The notes below the pieces were generated by a model that was not told the DNA's origin, did not search any database, and saw only the letters and a program-made list of their open reading frames with translations. From contig JAHPZE010000013.1 of NCBI GenBank assembly GCA_019058365.1, forward strand, positions 32,001 to 96,000: a DNA stretch of 64,000 nt. Reading direction: 5' to 3'. The first letter of the stretch is position 1. Every line of letters starts with the position of its first letter. The stretch is from Promethearchaeota archaeon (lineage in GTDB: Archaea > Asgardarchaeota > Lokiarchaeia > Sigyniarchaeales > SOKP01). The translations under genes were made by a program, and so were the position numbers. Shown here in pieces: positions 40,701 through 49,976 of this stretch.

Positions 40701-41371
40701 ATCCAATTTGTGTTTACAATATTATTAATGAATTAGAACTCGTTAATGAATTTGATTTTAAATCAGAATTAGAGAACTTCATAACAAAAATAATTATTGA
40801 TATACTAATGAGAGAAGAAACCGGTATAGTATTAATAGATGAAGAAATTTTATTTAAACGAATTTTGGAAGAATTTGATAAATATTTTGGTGAAGATTTT
40901 ACAGATAATATTGTTAAGCAAATTAGTAATCTTTTTGGTAAATCTATAAGTGATTGGATTGAAAAAGATTTCTTCAAAAATCACATATCTCAATTTAAAA
41001 AGAGACCAATGATTTGGCATTTATCCAGTGAAGAGAGATCCTTTCAATGCTTTATCGATTATCATAAACTCAACCAAAACCTTCTATTAATCCTAAGAAA
41101 TCGACATGTTGAGAAAAGATTGACGTTTTTTAGAGAAGAATCTAAAACTATTACAGAATCATTAAAAAGTGAATCAAACGATTTAACAATCAAAGAATTA
41201 AATAAAAACTATATTGAAATTGAAAATTCAATTGAAGATCTTCAAAAATTTTCTGAAAATTTAAAAAAAATTATTGATATGAACATTGAATTTGATGAGG
41301 ATAATGGAGTCAAACAACAAATTTTACCTTTTCAGAAAAATAAACTTTTATCTATAAATAGGGTAGTTTAA
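37709..41371 (+). CDS. pglX: BREX adenine methyltransferase PglX
   Basis: GWMYQY, TQLYT, LDPACGSGHFL, TNPPY, KGG..KWYGN, FKKRPMIW. Confidence 0.95.
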   Translation: MDSEQKRLINSLILELRTLMEEELELVLRHYGIFLNRKWLGIEQLDFLSDEEKEIKKKLEIYIKRKEKIGLKIEESTKEFITEATYHWLNRIFGLKCLESRDLIEEIIMTNSDYGGKSYVHRNFLENHPEFKKSEDEGFFQCLFEILNELTEEIQIIFDPKDIHMLIKPRITILKEIIKKINSLDNKIYQNDEFLGWMYQYFNDNERERIYSGLKKNKNKIQESDIIPLTQLYTEDYMIRFLAQNSLGSMWVEMHPKTQLHRNWDYYVESLIKERREVKNLNKIQILDPACGSGHFLIYLFDMLYEMYLEEGKTAVKDIAKEIIEKNLHGIDIDTRAIQITALILYIKFKEKSVDDKSKIPRFNLFTTDIISYKTEILNEFINEFEQSKTLKKIIVTIWSNLQDIRKTGSLSKIDQIIKKLINEEVEQNREGILRFAEDNSTNWELLKKEILTQLSIFLQNATKTFNVNKELFAQEEEKGIWLIDAFQKKYDIVITNPPYLNTRNLKVDLKSLFKKAYPSSHLDYCMMFLEKALSFLKKNGYAALVAMQSFMFLSSYTKLRAKFLDEANIKKVIHLGKRAFSDNTGAVLQTILIIFKKIDLKKDNIYDSIFFDLTQFDKTYEKIENLVNLNYRYLINQEVFKNIQNFPFVYNVSRSILDIFNRSDIFGNIAPPKTGISTSDNDQFLRYWWEVNKAKIAKYGTIEKKKWHFYAKGGVYNKWYGNLYYVINWENDGKELKEFASHYPRNEDYYFLEGITYTLVGGKFNARLLPKNCLFDLNGPSSFPMESYDLYYLLGYLNSSLIGYFLNFLNPTIATPIGDLKRLPYISPNKNFENKISNFVSEIIRIKKELISFDITEWEHKRTAIEYAIDIVSKEVNLIKLYKVFKRYKESLILKILIFEAEIERNIFSLYDINNNDREKIFIENGFIPGLLPILPNFDKFPENLELEELFSEIIKEEVDSDRLDILGNKIKELYEKENPSQILDHLSYISLQLNINPICVYNIINELELVNEFDFKSELENFITKIIIDILMREETGIVLIDEEILFKRILEEFDKYFGEDFTDNIVKQISNLFGKSISDWIEKDFFKNHISQFKKRPMIWHLSSEERSFQCFIDYHKLNQNLLLILRNRHVEKRLTFFREESKTITESLKSESNDLTIKELNKNYIEIENSIEDLQKFSENLKKIIDMNIEFDEDNGVKQQILPFQKNKLLSINRVV

Positions 41372-41374
41372 TTT

Positions 41375-43756
41375 ATGTTAGTAAATAAATTGGATGAAGA
41401 TTTAATAGAAAGGTTAAATTTATCTAAAAATAATCTCCCTTTCATCTTTTTTTTTGACAAAAAACAAGATTTCCGTTTTTTAATTGAAAATTCAAAAAGA
41501 TTTAAAGTTATAGTGTACAATAATAGTCTTTTAGAGGTTAAATATGAATTATTGAGATATGATAAAGAGAATCCAGTAGTCATATATCTTCCTTTAGATG
41601 AAAACGAGGATTTAATGTATTTAATGGATCTTTTAGTATGTTCTACTAAATATCATAATACTCTTTATCGATTTATGGAAAGTCTTGGAATAATATTTCC
41701 TAGTAATACAAAAAAAAGAAAGCAAATCATAAAGTTATTACCCTCTATGGTAAAGGAACACTTCGATAAACCATTAAGCTTTTGGAATGAAGAATTTGGG
41801 ACACCCGTGATAAAAGACTTTCATAAAAAATTTAAAGAACTTTTAATAAATCCTAAAAATTTAATAGATTTTGATTTTGAGAAGAGAAATTTATTTATTA
41901 ATGAAATCAAAAAGAAATATGGGTTTGATTTTTCAGATCAACTCGAAAGTTGGGAAAATAAATTTATCAAGTTCTTATGTATTGTCGAGATGTATGTTGA
42001 TACGCAAGATAGTGATTATCCTCTACTTCAAAAATTACCCCCAAGTGAAATTAAAATTACGCAATGTACTGATCTCCTGATAGAAATAAAAAATGATATT
42101 GAATTAAAAGAGATATATAAGCAAGCTTGTTTTGATATTCAGCGAGAATATGATTTAGGTACTTTTATCGAAAAAAATTTTGAACGAGTTAATACTCTCT
42201 TACAAAGTGAGGAAATTGTAATTAGTTTGATAAATAAAAAAATACAATCATGCAATAATAAAGATGAATTTAATTCTATCCTTTTAGGGTATAAAGGTTT
42301 GATAAAAAGGAAGACTTCAAATTTTTGGGTAAGAGAGGGTGAAATTGCTGCTTGGAATTATTTATCGATCCTTATAGATTTTATTGAATTATTAGAAGAA
42401 TTTAACTCGATTTCTGAATTGTCAATTAATGAGTATATACAGAAATTTTATAAAATTGATCAAATCTACAGGCATCAAAAAGAGTTTGAATGGTATGAGC
42501 AGGGATTGGAATATATATCTACTTGGATTGAAAAATTGTATTTAGATTTTTTAGACATAATTAATACCAAATTTAATAAAATTTTTGAAACCAAACCACA
42601 TTTTAGAGAACTAAAAATCCAGAAAAATTATCTCCCCAATTTAATGAGTAAGAATAATGCTTTCTTACTGATTGATGCCTTAAGGTATGAATTAGGGGAA
42701 GAACTTTATAAGAAATTAAAAAGTGAATTTACAGAGAGTGAAATTAAAACGTTATTGGCTTCAAGACCACCCATTACAAATATAGGATTTAGTAACTTAA
42801 TTACAGATGACTTAAGCTACGAGATTAAAGATAATAAAAATCTGATTGTTAAAAAAACTAGTGGGAACGATCTAAATACAAAAAGAAAGAGAATTGACTT
42901 CTTAAAAGAAAAATATAAAAAATGTGGTTTTATCAATCTTGATAAGTTCCTAAATTTAAAAACTAAAAATGAAATTGAAAAATTGAAGAACTATGAAAAT
43001 GTGATTTTATTCTCTAATGATATTGATGAAATGGGAGAAAGTAAAGGTGAAAGATGGATTAAATTCTTCAGCCAATTATTGAATGATATTATTAAAGCAA
43101 TACGCAAATTAATAAAAGTTGGATTCACATCAATTCATATTTTAACTGATCATGGCTTTTTAGCTTTTGATGATAAGGAGGATTATTTTAAATTAGAAGA
43201 TCTTCAAGAAGATTGCATAATAAAGAAAAGGAGATTTTTTATAAGTAAAAAATCAGATATTCCAGATTTTATTGGAGAGGAAATTGAAGATGATATAGGT
43301 TTCTATGTCTATTATCCAAGGAGTATATACTATTTAAAAAAGGATTCTTTCTTCCATGGAGGTATATCTCTACAAGAATTATTAATACCTCATATTATAA
43401 TTAAAATTAAAGATAAAAAAATAAAACAGAGACCATTAATAGAAATCCAAGAACTTGAAGGAATATATAATAAATTATTTCAAGTGATCATTAATTCTAC
43501 AATTAAAAGTACTGGTTTAGATCCTTTAGTTAGAACCAGAAAAATAAAAATCTGGGGAGAATTGCAGAATGAGAGTATTACAAATATACCTATAATTGAT
43601 ATTAACCCAGGAGTTAATAAAGTGATGTTAAGATTAGTTAAACCTAGCATAATTAAAGGGACTAAAATTTCAATTATAGTTCAAGATAATGACACAGAAG
43701 AAATATTAGATAAAACACGTGTAGAAATTAAGAAAGAGTTTAAAGATGATTTTTAA
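41375..43756 (+). CDS. pglZ: BREX alkaline-phosphatase-fold protein PglZ
   Basis: IDALRYE, DIDEMGE, TDHGF, FHGGISLQE. Confidence 0.93.
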   Translation: MLVNKLDEDLIERLNLSKNNLPFIFFFDKKQDFRFLIENSKRFKVIVYNNSLLEVKYELLRYDKENPVVIYLPLDENEDLMYLMDLLVCSTKYHNTLYRFMESLGIIFPSNTKKRKQIIKLLPSMVKEHFDKPLSFWNEEFGTPVIKDFHKKFKELLINPKNLIDFDFEKRNLFINEIKKKYGFDFSDQLESWENKFIKFLCIVEMYVDTQDSDYPLLQKLPPSEIKITQCTDLLIEIKNDIELKEIYKQACFDIQREYDLGTFIEKNFERVNTLLQSEEIVISLINKKIQSCNNKDEFNSILLGYKGLIKRKTSNFWVREGEIAAWNYLSILIDFIELLEEFNSISELSINEYIQKFYKIDQIYRHQKEFEWYEQGLEYISTWIEKLYLDFLDIINTKFNKIFETKPHFRELKIQKNYLPNLMSKNNAFLLIDALRYELGEELYKKLKSEFTESEIKTLLASRPPITNIGFSNLITDDLSYEIKDNKNLIVKKTSGNDLNTKRKRIDFLKEKYKKCGFINLDKFLNLKTKNEIEKLKNYENVILFSNDIDEMGESKGERWIKFFSQLLNDIIKAIRKLIKVGFTSIHILTDHGFLAFDDKEDYFKLEDLQEDCIIKKRRFFISKKSDIPDFIGEEIEDDIGFYVYYPRSIYYLKKDSFFHGGISLQELLIPHIIIKIKDKKIKQRPLIEIQELEGIYNKLFQVIINSTIKSTGLDPLVRTRKIKIWGELQNESITNIPIIDINPGVNKVMLRLVKPSIIKGTKISIIVQDNDTEEILDKTRVEIKKEFKDDF

Positions 43757-43770
43757 TATATATTAATGAT

Positions 43771-45822
43771 GTGTTTATGGTAGAATTAGACGATTTAGAT
43801 ATAAAAATAAGCGAGACTTTTCCAGGAAAAATCGTTAGAAAGGATCTTGTGAGTATATTAAAAAGTGGAGCTAATGTTCCAACATACGTTTTGGAGTATT
43901 TACTAGGAAAATATTGTTCCTCAACTAATCAAGATGTTATCAATGAAGGATTAGACTATGTGAGAGAGTTTTTAGCAACGCATTATGCTAGACCGGACGA
44001 AGCTGAAAAAATAAAATCTTTTATAAAAGAAAGAGGTTCATACAAGGTAATTGATAAGGTTAAAGTGAAATTGGTAGAAACTGAGAATAAATATTGGGCG
44101 GAATTATCAAATTTAAATTTAAAATACATTAATATAAATGAAAAAAACGTTATAGAATTTGAAAAACTTCTTGAAGGAGGTATTTGGGCATCAATAGATA
44201 TGGAATATGACGAGGAAATTTTTTATAAGAAAAATCACCGTCCATTTGTTATCGACAAGATTAACCCTATTCAGTCTGCTACAATTGATATCAATGAGTT
44301 TAGAGAAAAACGAAAACATTTTTCTAATGAAGAATGGCTCCAGATTCTAATGCGTAGTATGGGATTTGAACCAAAAAATCCAGAATTTAGTAAAAGATTA
44401 TTGATGCTTTTTTTATCAAGATTAATTCCTTTAGTAGAAAATAATTATAATTTAATTGAACTTGGGCCAAGATCTACTGGAAAAAGTTATACATTTAGAG
44501 AATTGTCTCCTTTTTCTATATTAATTTCAGGAGGAAAAACGACAGTAGCAAATTTATTTATGCATTTGGGAACTGGTAAGATTGGATTGGTCGGATTATG
44601 GGACACTGTCGCTTTTGACGAGGTTGCAGGCATTAAATTTAGTAATCCTGACACATTGATGATTTTAAAAGATTATATGGAATCTGGGAGTTTTTCAAGA
44701 GGAAAAGAAGAAATTAATGCTAATGCCTCTATGGTTTTTAATGGAAACATTGATGGAGATATTGATATTATTTTAAAAACTTCTCATTTATTCACACCTT
44801 TACCACCTGAAATGCAAAATTTAGCTCTTATTGATCGATTCCATTTTTACTTACCCGGTTGGGAAGTATTAAAATTAATACCAAAATTTTTCAGTAAACA
44901 TTATGGTTTTGTTGTTGATTATTTTGCTGAAGTTTTAAGAGAATTAAGGAAATTTAATTTTACAGCCTCTTTAAATAAATTTTTCAGATTAGGGGATCAT
45001 TTAAACCAAAGAGACGTGAAAGCTGTTCGAAAAACAGTTTCGGGATATTTAAAGTTAATGCATCCAGATGGGATTTTTAATAAAGAAGAATTAGAAGAGT
45101 ATTTGATATTAGCTATGGAAATGCGAAGAAGGATTAAAGAGCAGCTAAAGAAAATGGGTGGTATTGAGTATTGGAAAGTTAACTTTTCTTACATAGATAT
45201 TGAAACAGGTGAAGAAAAATTTGTAAATGTTCCTGAAAAAGGTGTTTCTGATTTAATACCTCCTAAAATGTTAGAACCAGGAACAGTATTTACTATTGGC
45301 TTAGACGTTGCTGAAAGAAAAAATTGTTTATTTAGAATTGAAGTTAAAGTAATGGAAGGAACAGGTCAGAAACGAATAACTGGGGCACCCTCATCAACTA
45401 TGAAAGAAACAATTCAAACAGCTTTTGATTTTATTAAAGCAAATCTAAGTGATTTAACAATCGATAAACATATTAAAGATTATGATTTTCATATTCAAAT
45501 AGTCAATCTGATGCAGAGTAAAGAAGGAACTGAAACGGGAGTTGCTTTCTATATTGCAATGATTTCTGCATTACTAGGTACTGCAGTAAAGTCTCAATTG
45601 GTTGTTTTAGGTGAGATGACTATTCATGGGGGTTTGAGAAAAATTCGTGGTCTAACAGAAAAATTGCAAATTGCTCTTGATTCTGGGGCTAAAATAGTTC
45701 TTATCCCTTCTGAAAATAAGGTTGATTTTGCAGATATTCCAAGCTATATACTTGATAAATTAGAAATTTCATTTTATTCTGATCCTATAAATGCTGGATT
45801 AAAAGCGATGGAGTTAGATTAA
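43771..45822 (+). CDS. brxL: BREX BrxL (AAA+ and Lon-like domain)
   Basis: FPGKIVRKDL, VPTYVLEYLLG, ELGPRSTGKS, FDEVAG, DRFH, C-terminal Lon-like domain. Confidence 0.95.
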   Translation: MFMVELDDLDIKISETFPGKIVRKDLVSILKSGANVPTYVLEYLLGKYCSSTNQDVINEGLDYVREFLATHYARPDEAEKIKSFIKERGSYKVIDKVKVKLVETENKYWAELSNLNLKYININEKNVIEFEKLLEGGIWASIDMEYDEEIFYKKNHRPFVIDKINPIQSATIDINEFREKRKHFSNEEWLQILMRSMGFEPKNPEFSKRLLMLFLSRLIPLVENNYNLIELGPRSTGKSYTFRELSPFSILISGGKTTVANLFMHLGTGKIGLVGLWDTVAFDEVAGIKFSNPDTLMILKDYMESGSFSRGKEEINANASMVFNGNIDGDIDIILKTSHLFTPLPPEMQNLALIDRFHFYLPGWEVLKLIPKFFSKHYGFVVDYFAEVLRELRKFNFTASLNKFFRLGDHLNQRDVKAVRKTVSGYLKLMHPDGIFNKEELEEYLILAMEMRRRIKEQLKKMGGIEYWKVNFSYIDIETGEEKFVNVPEKGVSDLIPPKMLEPGTVFTIGLDVAERKNCLFRIEVKVMEGTGQKRITGAPSSTMKETIQTAFDFIKANLSDLTIDKHIKDYDFHIQIVNLMQSKEGTETGVAFYIAMISALLGTAVKSQLVVLGEMTIHGGLRKIRGLTEKLQIALDSGAKIVLIPSENKVDFADIPSYILDKLEISFYSDPINAGLKAMELD

Positions 45823-45891
45823 AAAGAAATTAAAAAGGAATTTTCACTCATTTGTATGTATTTTTAATTTTGTAAAGAAGAGGGTTTTGAA

Positions 45892-48800
45892 ATGATTAAT
45901 AATATGAATGTAAAACAAAAGACAATTTTTGAGGAATTAACAAAATTAAATGCTAAAGCAGGTAAAGCTTATATGGGAGCATTAAAAGTAATTGGAGACC
46001 TTGAAAATCCTGACAGATTTTCTCAATCTGCAAATTCATTTCGTCATTTAAGTGGTATAATTGCGAGAGAAATTAGTATTGAATTCAATGAAACTGAAAA
46101 AATCGAATTAGAAGAAGAAATAAATAATAATATTAAAAAAAAGGACTTAGATCAGCTGTATTATGCCAAAATTTATGTTAAAGAAAAATCTTTGAAAGAA
46201 AGATTAAAGTTAGTGATTATTGAAGAACCTGATAAACTTCCGACTCCAGTTGAGAAAAGAATTAATCTTTTATTTAAAAATTGGTTAGAATTGCATGATT
46301 TTTTTCACGCAATCGCTCATTATAGTGATATTATGGTTGATCAAAATAAATTCGAAGAGAAATTATATGAGTTTGAAAATATACTATTAGAAATTTTAAA
46401 ACCTAATGAACAGGTATTAATTGAATTAGATAACTTATTACTAATAGACGAGCCCACTCAAGCAGATATCGATAAATTAATTACATTCTTAATTAATCCT
46501 TCCCATTCTCATTACTTTTTTACACAATTGGAATCTCCAAAATGGTTAGAATTGTTAATAAAAAATGGGTTCTTTTCAGAACCAAAAGAAAAAATAGAGA
46601 AAAAATTTATGATATCTTCTTGGGCACAGGGAAATTACTTAATAAAGGTATCTCATGCAAAACCTGAAAAAGTACTTGAAATAATAAATCAATTCAAAAA
46701 CACAAAAAGTTACATCGCAATCCGTTTTCTATTGAATTCTATATTGAATATGCCTTCAGAATATGTTGTAAAATCTTTACCAACAATTAAAAACTGGATG
46801 AATTTCTCTTATGGGACATATGAAATTATTACCATAAAAAAATTGACAAAGAAACTAATTTCCGATAAACAATCAGATGGTCTATATAAAATTCTTAATA
46901 TACTTTTCCAAATTAGTAAACCTGAACTACCGCATGCAAATTTAGATATTGAAGAGAAAATTTACCTTATATTTAATGATTATGAAGATTTTTTTGATTT
47001 ATTAATAGATCATGAAATTCAAGAGAAATCTTGTGATTTTATAAAGATAATGTGTCAAGCTTTATTTGAAAAAATTAAACAGGAACATATTGATTTCATT
47101 AAATTAAATGAAAGAATATTCAAAAAAAAAATAAAAATTCCGAAATTAAAAGAAATAGAAAAGGATGGTTCCGAAATTTGGAAGCCCTCAATTGAAGCAA
47201 TATCTGGTGAATATGAACCACATGATGTAAAATCTTTATTAGTTTCCAAGATTAGAGACACTTTTCGAATTTTTGAAAAGGTTGACAATGAATTGATAAG
47301 AAGTTGCTTTAATGAATTATCAGGTTTTAAATCTCCAATATTCAGACGACTGGAAATATATTTTATTAGTAAATATCCTGAGATATTTAAGGATCTTATT
47401 TCTCAGTACCTAACAGAAGAATCATTTTCTGAAAGAAAAGAGTATTGGCATGAGTACTATTACCTTATTAAAAGCCAATTTAAAAATCTTGATGAAAAAT
47501 CTAAAATTAAAATCCTATGTTGGATTGATAATGGTCCCAATCTTAGCAAAATTTCAAAGGAATCTTTTAAAACTTCCGAAGAATGTGAACAATGGAAAAA
47601 GAGATATACAAGAAAATGGAAAATTAGAAAATTAAATCCAATTAAAGATTTCGTTGAGGGAGATTTTAAACAAAAATTTGAATTTTTACTAAAGGAAAGC
47701 GAAAATCTTGAAAACCCAGAATATTTAAGAAAACTATATAAACCCATTGTGTTCCATGATTCATCAGAATTAAAAAAAAAAATGGAAACCAAAAACGATG
47801 AAGACCTAAAGAAATTTCTAAAATCTTGGGAACCAGATAATGAAAAATTTCCTCCAGAATCTAAAGAAAATCTTAGTTCATCTTTAAGCGACCTTATTAA
47901 GGAATATCCTGAAAAATTTGAGAAACTGCTAAAAGAATTTAACGATATCCCGTGTTTATATATAATTAGCATTATAAGGGGTTATAGAGAATTTTTAACT
48001 AAAGATCAGAGTATTGATTATTTCTCAGTTTTTTCTCTATTTGATGAAATTTTAAATAATTTGGATAAATTAAAGATAGAAAGAGGTATCGAAGAATTAA
48101 AGAATTCTATATTAGAGATCAAGAAACAAATAGCGAAGTTTATATCAAAGTTTCTTGCTACAACATCAATTGAATTGAATGAAAAAGATGCAAATCTAAT
48201 TTTAGAGATTATTAAGAAATTAAGTTATGATATAAAGGAAGAACACTTACAATATAAGGAAGTTAAGGAGTTTAATAGTTATGTATTATTCTATTATAAG
48301 GACACTGTAACAGGCTCTATATTTGAATTATTTATTAATTTTTTAATTTTTTTCTCTAAAAAAACTGAATTAGCTAAAAAACTTAATTTAGGTATTATTA
48401 AAGATCAAATTAAAGAATTTCTTAATCCTGATTACGAACATTCTGAAGGAATTAGATCTATTATCAGTTCTCATTTGTATCATTTATTTGAGACTGATGA
48501 GATGTGGTGCAAAAGTTTAATTCCATTACTTTTTCTTGAAGAAAAGCAATACAGAGACTTGTGGAATATATCTTGGGAGAGTTTTATTATAGGCTATCCC
48601 AATCATGTTTATTATAAAGTTTTTAAACACCTAATAAAAGTATATGATAAAGCGATTGATAAATTAACTAGTCCGAATATATCTTATGATGTAAAAACAT
48701 TTCTTACTCATCATATTATTTTGGTTTATTTGAATGAAAAAGTTGATTTATCTGATGATTCATTAGTGGCAAAATTTTTTAATGTTGCTTTTCCAGAATT

Positions 48801-49335
48801 AACAGCAGAGATTATGAGATATTGCACAGTAAACTTTTATGATACAATAATATCAAACTCAAAAAATGATGAAAAAAGGAGATATATTAAACTTATAATT
48901 AATCTATGGAAATATCGGATTGAACATTTAGAAAATTTTCCCAAAAAACGACAACAGGAATATTTTAAAGAATTACAATGGTTTCTTGTTCTATTTAAAA
49001 AATTAGAAGAAATTGAATTGGAATTTCTCCAAATATTAAATGCTATACTAGAACTATCCAATGGAAAAACTTACATTTATACGAGTGATGTTATTGAAAG
49101 GTTAAAGTCATATTTAGAGTTAGATTTCGAAAATGTAGTCAAGGCGATATTAGAAATATTAAAAGGTACTAATCTAGATTGGTTTAATAATAGAACTGAA
49201 CAATTTTTAAATGAAATATTTAAAGAAATTTATGAAAAATATGATTATATTCAAATTAAAGAAGAAATCAATAAAATCATAGACATCTTAACAAAAAATG
49301 GATACTATGACTTTAAGAATTTCTATATTCCCTAA
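45892..49335 (+). CDS. Large protein with HEPN-like N-terminal domain and long alpha-helical region; probable defence effector
   Basis: 'AYMGALKVIGDLENPDRFSQSANSFRHL' and 'WLELHDFFHAIAH' resemble HEPN-like putative nuclease domains. 'YFFTQLESPKWLELLIKNGFF..P' begins a helical solenoid. Confidence 0.5.
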   Translation: MINNMNVKQKTIFEELTKLNAKAGKAYMGALKVIGDLENPDRFSQSANSFRHLSGIIAREISIEFNETEKIELEEEINNNIKKKDLDQLYYAKIYVKEKSLKERLKLVIIEEPDKLPTPVEKRINLLFKNWLELHDFFHAIAHYSDIMVDQNKFEEKLYEFENILLEILKPNEQVLIELDNLLLIDEPTQADIDKLITFLINPSHSHYFFTQLESPKWLELLIKNGFFSEPKEKIEKKFMISSWAQGNYLIKVSHAKPEKVLEIINQFKNTKSYIAIRFLLNSILNMPSEYVVKSLPTIKNWMNFSYGTYEIITIKKLTKKLISDKQSDGLYKILNILFQISKPELPHANLDIEEKIYLIFNDYEDFFDLLIDHEIQEKSCDFIKIMCQALFEKIKQEHIDFIKLNERIFKKKIKIPKLKEIEKDGSEIWKPSIEAISGEYEPHDVKSLLVSKIRDTFRIFEKVDNELIRSCFNELSGFKSPIFRRLEIYFISKYPEIFKDLISQYLTEESFSERKEYWHEYYYLIKSQFKNLDEKSKIKILCWIDNGPNLSKISKESFKTSEECEQWKKRYTRKWKIRKLNPIKDFVEGDFKQKFEFLLKESENLENPEYLRKLYKPIVFHDSSELKKKMETKNDEDLKKFLKSWEPDNEKFPPESKENLSSSLSDLIKEYPEKFEKLLKEFNDIPCLYIISIIRGYREFLTKDQSIDYFSVFSLFDEILNNLDKLKIERGIEELKNSILEIKKQIAKFISKFLATTSIELNEKDANLILEIIKKLSYDIKEEHLQYKEVKEFNSYVLFYYKDTVTGSIFELFINFLIFFSKKTELAKKLNLGIIKDQIKEFLNPDYEHSEGIRSIISSHLYHLFETDEMWCKSLIPLLFLEEKQYRDLWNISWESFIIGYPNHVYYKVFKHLIKVYDKAIDKLTSPNISYDVKTFLTHHIILVYLNEKVDLSDDSLVAKFFNVAFPELTAEIMRYCTVNFYDTIISNSKNDEKRRYIKLIINLWKYRIEHLENFPKKRQQEYFKELQWFLVLFKKLEEIELEFLQILNAILELSNGKTYIYTSDVIERLKSYLELDFENVVKAILEILKGTNLDWFNNRTEQFLNEIFKEIYEKYDYIQIKEEINKIIDILTKNGYYDFKNFYIP

Positions 49336-49358
49336 GTAAATTTTTTTTTGAACTACTA

Positions 49359-49481
49359 CTATTTTTTATTCTTCGCAGCTGCACTTTGAGCTCTTGCTTT
49401 GAACTCTTGGTTTTTCCTGGTTTTATCAGCATGAGATTGTATTCTTCGAGCCGATTTTGCTGTCATCTTATTTTTACCCAT
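49359..49481 (-). CDS. 40-aa basic microprotein (SMP-like 'RIQS..D..G/R.N..F..RAQ.AA.KN' family; not in the ORF track)
   Basis: MGKNKMTAKSARRIQSHADKTRKNQEFKARAQSAAAKNKK* with a strong GGAGGTGA RBS. Confidence 0.75.
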   Translation of the reverse strand: MGKNKMTAKSARRIQSHADKTRKNQEFKARAQSAAAKNKK

Positions 49482-49543
49482 CCTTTTCACCTCCTTAGTT
49501 TTATTTTCAATATATTTTACAATAGCTATTCAACATGATTGGA

Positions 49544-49797
49544 TTAGATTAACTTAAATATTGATGCTCCTGGATTAGGACAGTTCAGTTCTTTCAATAT
49601 ATATCCTTCATGTGCCATATCCTCTATAAAATTCCTTGAGCGAAAATAATTCCTTAATACTTGACCATTTCTGTAGCCATGAATAATAAATAGATTTTTA
49701 TCTCCCGAAGAGAGACAATCTTCTAAAAGATTAAGTATTTCTTCAATTGCATCGAATAGTCTGAATCCATGAAGATCAGCTCTAATTTCTTTTTCAA
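49544..49797 (-). pseudogene. Stand-alone Smr-domain gene, -1 frameshift in the A-tract after the TTG start
   Basis: EIRADLHGFRLFDAIEEI...IIHGYRNGQVLR...NPGASIF*. The GAGGAG-TTG start is out of frame by one A. Confidence 0.7.
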
Positions 49798-49976
49798 CTC
49801 CTCAAATTTTACCATTTTTTTTCTATTTCTTAGGTTAAGATTCTAAAAAAAAAACCTTATCCATTAATTAAATCGAAAAATTAAAAATAAAAAAATTCGT
49901 ATCGAAAATCACTACCTGATCTGGTAGGGATAAATATGAAAACTTCCTTAAATTAAATAGAGTAATAATATTCAAT

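Noticed and set aside
45500-45680. BrxL lacks the Lon catalytic serine (EGTETG instead of DGPSAG)
   Set aside because: Degenerate Lon-like domains are expected in BrxL; not novel.
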